DNA of 64,000 bases from an uncultured Thermoplasmatales archaeon (GTDB taxonomy: Archaea; Thermoplasmatota; Penumbrarchaeia; Penumbrarchaeales; Penumbrarchaeaceae): the NCBI GenBank assembly GCA_963807965.1, contig CAWEDU010000007.1, positions 25,865 to 89,864 on the forward strand, given 5' to 3'. Below, piece after piece: positions 1 to 8,309 of this stretch. A program made the position numbers and the translations under genes. Numbering within the stretch: position 1 is the stretch's first letter; each line of letters starts with the position of its first letter. A model generated the notes under the pieces. That model worked only from the letters and a program-made list of their open reading frames with translations, was not told the DNA's origin and made no database searches.

Positions 1-2
1 CA

Positions 3-3000
3 TCTGTTGGACCAACGGATGATGGAAGAATAAAACCGGATGTCGTAGCTCCGGGAACCAATGTTCTCTCCTGCAGGTCCTCCATAACGGGAGCAGGAAC
101 CGGATGGGGAGTTTACAACAGTGATTACATCTACATGGGGGGAACTTCGATGTCCACCCCCATTACTGCTGGAGCAGTTGTCCTGATGAGGGAATTCTTC
201 AACTCGACATTGGGTCTGAGCTCCCCTTCCGGAGCTCTTCTCAAGGCTTCACTGATAAACGGAGCAGTAGACCTTACTCCGGGACAGTATGGACCAGGGA
301 ATTCCACCGTCCAGGAGATACAGGGACGCCCGGATATGCACCAAGGTTGGGGAAGGATCAACATTTCCAATTCACTACAACCGGATAATGGCAACATGAC
401 CTTTCTAGATGACAAAGAGGGTCTATGGACTGGGAATGATATAACCTCATATTTTCAGGTAAAGGATTCAGAAAATGACCTTAGGATCACCTTGGCATAT
501 GCAGATTTTCCGGGAGCCCTGTATTCGTCCAAAGAACTTGTCAACGACCTTGATCTCATACTGATCGCACCCAATGGTACCGAGTATTACGGTAATGATT
601 GGTCATCTCCTTTCAACGATACATTTGATAGGACAAATCCCATTGAAGGGATAACTATCCAATCTCCAGCCGTTGGAACATGGAAGTTATTGATATCAGC
701 TTATAACATACCCATAGGCCCCCAGCATTTCGCCGTCGTTGTCTCTGGTGACATATCCAACCTTTCAAGTCTTGTTTCACTGGACAAGCAATTTTATTCT
801 ACCAAGGGAGACCCCATTTCGATAACCGTTATGGACCCGAACCTGGTTGGAAATGGAACGGCAATGGTCACTCTGAATTCCACAACCGATGGAACAGGGA
901 TCACACTGATCCTAACAGAGATCGGATCTTCCGGACTTTTCAAAGGAAAAGCGTGGACAAGGAATAATGCCACTGGGAACTCTTCATCTCTGCAGGTAAT
1001 GGAAGATGATATTATCATTGCAACCTACCAGGATGATGACCCGGCAGATACCTTTACCTCAACAGCAATTTCAAAAGACCCTGTTGAGGTGTTCTTAAAA
1101 GAGAAGATGGATCTCCATCTGACCCAGGGAGAATATGAGAGAGTATTCATTGAAGGTACCATCTCAACAGGAACGGAAGCCTGGTGGGTACTGGAAAGCT
1201 CGGGGATCGGTTGGAGACCTTTCCATGATGACGGTAATTCCACATACGGCGATACAACTCCGGATGACGGGAACATCACTGATGTTTGGATAGTACCTCA
1301 AAATATAACAGGCAGTTTCATGTTGAAAACAAGGGTCCTTGACCCATTCCTGGGGAATAGAACCTACTCACATTTTCCAATGTACTTCAATAGCTCGGTT
1401 CCAAGGTACCCCAAGAATGTTTCTGTCCAGGTCCTTCCACAGGGAAATTCTGTGAAGGTCTCCTGGGAAAACTCCAATGAGACAGATCTTTCCTACAATA
1501 ATATATATATCAACTCTTCATCCATTTCTGGTGGTAAGCAAGGGGAACACCCGACTGCAACTGACGGATGGTCCCTTATCGCATCTACGGTCTCATTGAT
1601 CGGTGAGATCGATATCGGAGGTCTTGTTGACGGATTGAAATACTCCTTCAGAGTATCTGTTGTTGACAAGAACGGGAATGAATCATCACTATCGGTTTTA
1701 TTCAACGCCACACCCCAGGACCTCATTCCTCCCGATGCTGTCATGGTCACAACACCTCGAACAATTGTGGGTATCATAACCTTCGAGTTCACAGGATCTA
1801 CCGATCTGGAGACCGTCCAAATGCAGTTCTACAATGACATCAATGGGAACGGTCTCATGGATGATGGAAATTGGGAGGTTGCTGGTGAGGGACCCTATAC
1901 TGGAGTTATCTGGGACACCAGGACCTCTGCCGGAGGTCCCGGGGATGTGGATTCCCTTTTCCTGAGGTATAGGGGTCTTGATGAAGCACTGAACATAGGA
2001 GATTGGTCTGTTAATGAGGATTTCCATATCGACAACACAGGCCCATCATCCGTATCTTTCTTGGACCCACCTTCAGCCGTGACCAATGTGGTCTCCCATC
2101 AAGTTTCAGGAACCTCTGAAATGAACGGAAGGGTAGAAGTCTGGAAGGACCATGTATTCTTGGAAGAACTTATGGTAAATTCCATCGGTGGGTTCGAATT
2201 TGTCCTCAACCTCACAGAAGGTAAGAACCATGTTAATTTGAGCGCCTATGATGAATTCGGAGCAGGTCCTACGAACATGAGCTACAACTTCACATTGGAT
2301 ACCAAGTTACCAGTTGCAAGATTGGATGTAGAGGACCAGAGCAATATCACCAGGAACATCGTTCCCGAAGGTCTCGAGCTGATATCTACTTCATTTGACA
2401 ACGGTGATGACCCTTACTTCACATATATCGAAAACTTCACATGGAGAGTGACCGACCCTCTCGGGATGGTCACTATCCATTACGGGAATGGTACACTTCC
2501 GTTCGAGCTTTCAATGTTGGGAAATTTCAGTATCCGATTGACAGTAAGGGATCCTGCAGGAAATATCAATTTTACCTTATTGGGTATCGAAGTTATCGAC
2601 ACAATAGCACCCACTGGAGAGATCCTGGGCCAATTTTCAGTGAATGAGGATGAGACAGCTTCCTTCGAGATAAATATCACCGATAATGATGTTCGGTGGT
2701 TCAATAGAGAAGGAGCGGGTGTTCTTTGGGAGGTCAATGGTGAAGATTACAACTGGACATCCACCGAGAGCACAGCGCACATTTCATTATCCGAACCTGG
2801 CCAATACACATTGAACCTTACGGTCACCGACGGGGGAGGCAACCAACTCCATATCACCAGAACGATCTCGGTAACCGACCTCACACCACCCGATGGTAAT
2901 ATCATTGGACCAACAACCGTTACTTTGGGGATACCCGCAACATTCAAACAGAACCTCACAGACAATAACAGGTCCTTCCCATCTGGGGCGGAATTCCACT

Positions 3001-4358
3001 GGAACCTTACATATCAGGAAGTAGTGGAACCCATGTCCGAATTCTTCGATGGAAAGATGTTCAACTTCACTTTCATATTGGCAGGTTCCTATTTACTTAC
3101 ACTCATTGCAAAGGATAGATCCGGTAATGAAAGAGAGGTCCAGATGCTTTTAAGGGCCATAGGAGACCTGACCCCACCTTCCATCAAGAGCATCACTCCC
3201 GAGGAGAATGAGAGCTTTCAGTTCTCAGAGGAACTAATGATCACGGTTTCATTCGATGAACCTTTGGACACCTCAACGATCACTCAAAGTGAACTTGTCA
3301 TGACAGACGATGAGGGAGGACATCTCAATATTACCATCAATATCAAAGGACCATCCGAAGTCCAGGTAATACCACAGGGACTGGAATATGGTAGGACATA
3401 TACCCTCAGGGTGGGAACCGGGATCAGTGACCTTTGGGATAATCAGCTCATATCAGGCATGACCGTTAATTATACGATAAGGACACATTTTTCTTTGGAC
3501 TACCCAGATGGAGTTTTTCCATCAAATGTAGACCAGAACTTCTCAGGTAACGAAGATGACATCTACAACATCACTTTGATGTTCACCAACCCTGTCCAAG
3601 TCTCGTCTGTTGTCAATGCATTGAGGGTCTTTTCCGTTAGGATAGAGGATACAAGTGGCTACCCAAGAGAAGTAAAGGAAGAGATCTCCTTCTTCGTGGT
3701 CAATCCAGGACCTGATGATCGAACGGTCGTCATCTCGATCCCCCTCGATAAAGGAACATCATACGAGATCAGTCTGGGAACAGAGGTCAGAGACATCTTC
3801 GACTATCAGCTCGACAAGGTCTACGGTTGGGAGTTTAAGACCTACATACCTGATGTCGCTGACAATGATGATGTTACAGAGGAGAAGAAAGAGGATCCAT
3901 TACCAAAATGGCTCTTGGACCCGACACTTTGGATCATTAGTGCTGTGATTATTATAATATTGTTCATAGTAATCACTGTGTATTCAAGGATACACAGAAA
4001 GAAGAAACTTGAAAGGATCTGGGCAGCCGGGATGGACGAGGCACCAAAAAAGAGGTCAAAGGAAGTTGAATATGACCCTCAACCTGATGAGGTTTCCAAT
4101 GACGACATGGGCTCGATCGAGGATGAGATTACCGCATCCAGACCACCACCTGACTACAACGACCTGTACGGAAGCTACAATGGATCAAACATGGGGCAAG
4201 GACAAGTCCCTGACCCACCAATTGATCCACAGATATCCTCCACCCCTATGACCGAGGGATCCGGCATCGATTGGGATGAGGATGAGGTTCCCGAGGATGA
4301 TGATGAAGAATGGGAGATGGAGGAAGAGACCACAGAGGATGAAATGGATTGGGATTGA
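3..4358 (+). CDS. Membrane-anchored S8 (subtilisin, KP-43-like) serine protease with FN3/Ig/PKD-like domains; 5'-partial
   Basis: Frame is open from base 3: GPTDDGRIKPDVVAPG...YMGGTSMSTP (catalytic Ser motif), then LLKASLINGA and HQGWGR. Ig-like repeats, a C-terminal TM helix, RKKK and an acidic tail follow. Confidence 0.9.
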   Translation, partial: SVGPTDDGRIKPDVVAPGTNVLSCRSSITGAGTGWGVYNSDYIYMGGTSMSTPITAGAVVLMREFFNSTLGLSSPSGALLKASLINGAVDLTPGQYGPGNSTVQEIQGRPDMHQGWGRINISNSLQPDNGNMTFLDDKEGLWTGNDITSYFQVKDSENDLRITLAYADFPGALYSSKELVNDLDLILIAPNGTEYYGNDWSSPFNDTFDRTNPIEGITIQSPAVGTWKLLISAYNIPIGPQHFAVVVSGDISNLSSLVSLDKQFYSTKGDPISITVMDPNLVGNGTAMVTLNSTTDGTGITLILTEIGSSGLFKGKAWTRNNATGNSSSLQVMEDDIIIATYQDDDPADTFTSTAISKDPVEVFLKEKMDLHLTQGEYERVFIEGTISTGTEAWWVLESSGIGWRPFHDDGNSTYGDTTPDDGNITDVWIVPQNITGSFMLKTRVLDPFLGNRTYSHFPMYFNSSVPRYPKNVSVQVLPQGNSVKVSWENSNETDLSYNNIYINSSSISGGKQGEHPTATDGWSLIASTVSLIGEIDIGGLVDGLKYSFRVSVVDKNGNESSLSVLFNATPQDLIPPDAVMVTTPRTIVGIITFEFTGSTDLETVQMQFYNDINGNGLMDDGNWEVAGEGPYTGVIWDTRTSAGGPGDVDSLFLRYRGLDEALNIGDWSVNEDFHIDNTGPSSVSFLDPPSAVTNVVSHQVSGTSEMNGRVEVWKDHVFLEELMVNSIGGFEFVLNLTEGKNHVNLSAYDEFGAGPTNMSYNFTLDTKLPVARLDVEDQSNITRNIVPEGLELISTSFDNGDDPYFTYIENFTWRVTDPLGMVTIHYGNGTLPFELSMLGNFSIRLTVRDPAGNINFTLLGIEVIDTIAPTGEILGQFSVNEDETASFEINITDNDVRWFNREGAGVLWEVNGEDYNWTSTESTAHISLSEPGQYTLNLTVTDGGGNQLHITRTISVTDLTPPDGNIIGPTTVTLGIPATFKQNLTDNNRSFPSGAEFHWNLTYQEVVEPMSEFFDGKMFNFTFILAGSYLLTLIAKDRSGNEREVQMLLRAIGDLTPPSIKSITPEENESFQFSEELMITVSFDEPLDTSTITQSELVMTDDEGGHLNITINIKGPSEVQVIPQGLEYGRTYTLRVGTGISDLWDNQLISGMTVNYTIRTHFSLDYPDGVFPSNVDQNFSGNEDDIYNITLMFTNPVQVSSVVNALRVFSVRIEDTSGYPREVKEEISFFVVNPGPDDRTVVISIPLDKGTSYEISLGTEVRDIFDYQLDKVYGWEFKTYIPDVADNDDVTEEKKEDPLPKWLLDPTLWIISAVIIIILFIVITVYSRIHRKKKLERIWAAGMDEAPKKRSKEVEYDPQPDEVSNDDMGSIEDEITASRPPPDYNDLYGSYNGSNMGQGQVPDPPIDPQISSTPMTEGSGIDWDEDEVPEDDDEEWEMEEETTEDEMDWD

Positions 4359-4498
4359 GCTTCGAAGCACCCTGTAACTCGGAAATAACTGGTATATCTG
4401 GGAATGAATTCCCCCTTTCGCCATTCACCGGGTAAATATTATTAAGGTCCACACAATTGGTTTAAGGACAAAACATAAAAAGGGTATTATCAAGGGGC

Positions 4499-4699
4499 TT
4501 GAAAATGACCATGGGATTAAAGATCCACAAGATGATCAGAGAGGATAGTAAGGACCCTCCTGAGATCAAAGAGGATGCAAAAAGGAGGAGGGACATGTCC
4601 GACAACATCCTAGAGATCATCTACAACAGGATCATGAACAAGAAAGAAAAAAGTCCCGTGGAAATCATTCCAGAAGAAGAAGAGACCTGGGATGATTGA
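4499..4699 (+). CDS. Small charged hypothetical protein
   Basis: 66-aa ORF filling the intergenic space after AT-rich promoter-like tracts; start uncertain. Confidence 0.5.
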   Translation: MKMTMGLKIHKMIREDSKDPPEIKEDAKRRRDMSDNILEIIYNRIMNKKEKSPVEIIPEEEETWDD

Positions 4700-4812
4700 A
4701 CCCAACTTCTTTTAAATAATAAGAGTGACTTAGTCCCTTGAACTATAGCTATGCTCTGGAGACGTAAGATTCATTGACTCCATTGCAGATGTTCTTTGAA
4801 CGAGGTGTTCAA

Positions 4813-5757
4813 ATGCTTAGGATGTGTAGAGAACATGGTTTCTTCAGAGGTGAGGAGTGTCCTATTTGCGGGGATGAGGGCAAATTCCTCATGAGCTCAT
4901 ACGAGCTGGAATCGCTTGGCAGGATCATGGCAGGGATATTAAGACATTTTCCAGACAGGTTCAACCTGGATATGGATGAGGAAGGTTTTATCGACATCTA
5001 CAAGATGGTCTCAGCTGTAAAAAGGAAGAGAGGTGACAGAATGAGGTGGCTCAGACCAACCCATATCATTGGACTGGTCGAGACCGATCCCAAAGGAAGG
5101 TATCAGGTTGACAACAATCATGTTAGAGCTACTTATGGCCATTCCCTTCATCTTTCAATGAGCCTCCCTACTGATGATATTCCCGAGAGATTATATTTCC
5201 CAACCAAACCCGAAGAACAGGAAGGAGTTCTGGAAAAGGGTCTGACCCCGGAGGACAGGACAATGGTCCACCTTTCCAAAACATGGGACGATGCATATGA
5301 AGCGGGAACTCACAGGGAAGGACCGGACCCCATAGTGCTAAGAATCAATGCAGAGGAGGCTCTCAATAATGGAATAATCATTCAAAGGGCCGGAAAGACT
5401 GTATTCACCGTAGAGGAGATCCCTCCCGAGTTCATATCCCTAGCTGACGAGGAAGATATGGAGATCTCCAGAAAGGAAATAGAAGAAAGAATGAAGGATA
5501 TCTATTACCAGGGACCTGGATCTGACAAGAAGAAGAAAGAGGAAGTGGAGGAATCAGAAGATATCGACCAAATCCCCGGGGATGATGAAGGGGATCCTGA
5601 AGAGGATGATAGTGATATCGAAATCAATGATGAACCTTCAGATGAGGATCTGGTCGACAAGCAAGGTGAGGAAGATGATGATTCCGAACTGGATGTCGAA
5701 GAGGATGACCTGACAGATGATATCCTCAAGATGAAGGATGACGTTTCTGACAAATGA
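4813..5757 (+). CDS. kptA: RNA 2'-phosphotransferase (Tpt1/KptA) with N-terminal Zn ribbon and long acidic tail
   Basis: CREHGFFRGEECPIC, ILRHFP, KGRY, RATYGHS and VHLS motifs; GAGGTG RBS before the ATG at 4813. Confidence 0.9.
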   Translation: MLRMCREHGFFRGEECPICGDEGKFLMSSYELESLGRIMAGILRHFPDRFNLDMDEEGFIDIYKMVSAVKRKRGDRMRWLRPTHIIGLVETDPKGRYQVDNNHVRATYGHSLHLSMSLPTDDIPERLYFPTKPEEQEGVLEKGLTPEDRTMVHLSKTWDDAYEAGTHREGPDPIVLRINAEEALNNGIIIQRAGKTVFTVEEIPPEFISLADEEDMEISRKEIEERMKDIYYQGPGSDKKKKEEVEESEDIDQIPGDDEGDPEEDDSDIEINDEPSDEDLVDKQGEEDDDSELDVEEDDLTDDILKMKDDVSDK

Positions 5758-5846
5758 AGATCCTATTTGAAAAGCTCATAAACGGTTAAATATGACCTTA
5801 AGATTAGGCCTACTTCCGGACAATGTCCGGTAAAGACCAACAGGCT

Positions 5847-5955
5847 GCAGAGGTAGCTCAGCCCGGTAAGGCGCGAGACTGGAAAAGACTTCGCTGTCAT
5901 CCGGACATCTCGTGGGAGTAATCCCTCGGGGGTTCAAATCCCCTCCTCTGCGCCA
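5847..5955 (+). tRNA. tRNA-Ser(GGA) with a 22-nt BHB intron (5885-5906) at 37/38 and encoded CCA
   Basis: Acceptor GCAGAGG/CCTCTGC, G discriminator plus CCA; anticodon stem CGAGA/TCTCG with loop CT-GGA-A[intron]A; long variable arm GGGA-GTAA-TCCC; T-loop TTCAAAT. BHB central helix CTGG/CCGG with AAA and ACA bulges. Confidence 0.95.
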
Positions 5956-6534
5956 TTCTTTCACCCTTTACACGAACGCAGAGAGAGTAATGGGTGCTAA
6001 TGACTTGAGGGGATTTGAACCCCGTAGGGTCCTGAGGCCACGGGACATTTACAACACGGGAGTGGTCTCAGGGTGAGCAAAATTTCCCATTTTGTGGAAG
6101 TTCAAATCCCCTCCTCTGCGCCATTCTTTCACCCTTTACACGAACGCAGAGAGAGTAATGGGTGCTAATGACTTGAGGGGATTTGAACCCCGTAGGGTCC
6201 TGAGGCCACGGGACATTTACAACACGGGAGTGGTCTCAGGGTGAGCAAAATTTCCCATTTTGTGGAAGTTCAAATCCCCTCCTCTGCGCCATTCTTCTCT
6301 CGTCAATTTCAAATAAACCGGAAGAATGACGCATGATATTGATAAGAAACGATGAAAAATGATGATATGTTGCAAATTATCGTTTTTCATCTCAGGGTTA
6401 GAATCTGGTTGAACGTCAATGACCTGACGATTCTTACCCTCCCCTCCTCTGCGCCATTCTTTCACCCTTTACACGAACGTAGAGAGGGTAATGGGTGCTA
6501 ATGACTTGAGGGGGTTTGAACCCCGGAGGGTCCT
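5932..6534. repeat. tRNA-3'-end-linked repeat array: two identical 168-bp units (5932-6099, 6100-6267), a third tRNA 3'-end copy (6268-6296), a unique segment, and a diverged partial unit (6440-6534)
   Basis: GTTCAAATCCCCTCCTCTGCGCCATTCTT at 5932, 6100 and 6268; TCCCCTCCTCTGCGCCATTCTT at 6440. Inverted GAGGGGATTTGAAC at 6007 and 6175, with a variant near 6508. Confidence 0.93.
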
Positions 6535-6643
6535 AAATCAAATTGATTTCAAAAAAACTAACAGCCAACTGGCTTTCACCAATCATATCGCAAATTATTT
6601 ATCAAGAGTAGGGTACTCAATTCAAATTCCCGGGTGGAGCATC

Positions 6644-8071
6644 ATGGCCGTTTCTGCAGCATCCGAAAGACTGGAAAGAGTCGAAAGATTCCTCGATAAG
6701 GTTGACAATGTCAAATCCCCAGGGGATCTTCAGGAGCCCTTCAAATCCTTATGGCTTAGGATACATGGTGAAAAACCTACCCTGATGTCAGAGGAGAGGA
6801 AGGAAGCTTTGATATCAGGTGGTCTGAAAGGAGGGATATTCGAAGATGTCCAGATATCTTCAGGTCCTTCCCCTAAGAATGTCAAGGGGTCCATTGAGGT
6901 CATCTCACCCAAACAGGTAGGACCAACAGTTGAAATGGAGGTCGAGGAGGAGGAGAAGGTCACATTCAAGATGGCAAAGGGAGACGACCTCAAGAATATG
7001 GAGTCCAAAGAAGGGGCTGCAAACGAGATGATAACCCTTCAAGGTTCTGTTAAAACCCTTTCGGGTCTGGGTGGAGAGGTTGCCAAGGTCTGGGAAGGTA
7101 TCCGAGACGTTGCTCAGGACTACAGAGATGGGAATTACATAAAGGCCCTTGATCTTGGAAAGAGCTTAGGGAATTTCCTTGGAACAGAAAAGTTCAAGAG
7201 ATCCGTGATGTCCGAACTTCAGAATAAACTAGCTGAATACCAGGAGCTTGGTGGCGATACCACAAAGGCCAAAGAGAGGTTCAAGGACCTTGCCTCTTCA
7301 TTTAAAGAAGATCGACCCGATTTCATTCAGATCGCGGGTGAGATCAACACCCTTGCTGAGGATAGTATTAAGGGGATAATTGAAGAGGAGATAGTTGCCG
7401 AGGTGAAAGCTTTACCAAAGAAAGAAGAACCGGTAAAAGAGAAAACCTCTGAGCTAAAAAGAACTCTAAAGAAGAAACCTGTCCAGCAACTTCCAAAGGA
7501 GATTGAGAAGCCCGTTCCGGAAGAAGGAGAGAAGGAACCTGATCCTGAAGAAGATATGAAAGAAGAAGAGAAACCTGTTATCAAGATCGTGACCGTCAAG
7601 AAACTGGTCCCTGTCCAGAAAGTGATGAAGCAGAGAATGGAAATGCGGCAGGAAATGGAAGACAAGACCAAAGAGGATGGATCTTCAGGAGACGTCATAG
7701 AACTTGATGAGTCATATAAAGTGTCCGAGGAAAAGGAAATAATCAAAGAGAAGGACCCAAAGACCAAAGGAAAAAAACAGAAGGGAGCAGAAAAACAGAA
7801 CGTTACATCGAAGGAGAAGGATACTAAAAAAGAAATTTCAGACAAGGCCCCTGACATACAAGACCCTTCTCCGGAAGAGATCCAATCCGCTTTCAAAAAA
7901 TACCAGTTTGTCTACAATGCCAGTATCAAGCTTAATGAGAAAGGAAAAGACATGTCCCAGATCTTCGACCTCATGCACTATGCGGAACAGGTAAGACAGA
8001 AAGGGAACATGAAGACCTATATCGGCGTCTGTGATCAGATGGAGAACATGTTGATCAAGTCACAGGGATGA
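6644..8071 (+). CDS. Hypothetical highly charged (Glu/Lys-rich) helical protein
   Basis: Long ORF; GGTGGAG RBS precedes the ATG at 6644 (the track start at 6491 lies inside the repeat). Confidence 0.75.
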   Translation: MAVSAASERLERVERFLDKVDNVKSPGDLQEPFKSLWLRIHGEKPTLMSEERKEALISGGLKGGIFEDVQISSGPSPKNVKGSIEVISPKQVGPTVEMEVEEEEKVTFKMAKGDDLKNMESKEGAANEMITLQGSVKTLSGLGGEVAKVWEGIRDVAQDYRDGNYIKALDLGKSLGNFLGTEKFKRSVMSELQNKLAEYQELGGDTTKAKERFKDLASSFKEDRPDFIQIAGEINTLAEDSIKGIIEEEIVAEVKALPKKEEPVKEKTSELKRTLKKKPVQQLPKEIEKPVPEEGEKEPDPEEDMKEEEKPVIKIVTVKKLVPVQKVMKQRMEMRQEMEDKTKEDGSSGDVIELDESYKVSEEKEIIKEKDPKTKGKKQKGAEKQNVTSKEKDTKKEISDKAPDIQDPSPEEIQSAFKKYQFVYNASIKLNEKGKDMSQIFDLMHYAEQVRQKGNMKTYIGVCDQMENMLIKSQG

Positions 8072-8309
8072 TTTTCACTCCTCCAATCTCTCATGAAAAA
8101 GGAAGTCTTAAATAACGTCCCGGCAGTGGTTAAAATATACCAGCAAGGAGCAGGGTAGATCTGTTCGCTGATAGGGCGTACCCAACTGATGCACGAAACC
8201 ACATGGCCAGTGCTGTACCAGGCAGGGAAACTTTATCTATTGTATCAGTAATACCCAAGCCCCACGTGGTACACTTCGATATAAGTGTAAACTTTAATGG
8301 AGGGAAATC

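Noticed and set aside
6100-6296. Additional tRNA genes or split-tRNA halves
   Set aside because: The copies lack D and anticodon arms, and I see no BHB-forming leader typical of split tRNAs.
5932-6534. CRISPR array
   Set aside because: The repeat is a tRNA 3' end, the spacers are about 140 bp with two identical, and no cas genes are present.
5776-6643. ORFs 5776-5964 and 6217-6465, and the N-terminal extension from 6491
   Set aside because: They are translations of tRNA or repeat sequence; a better RBS and start lie at 6644.
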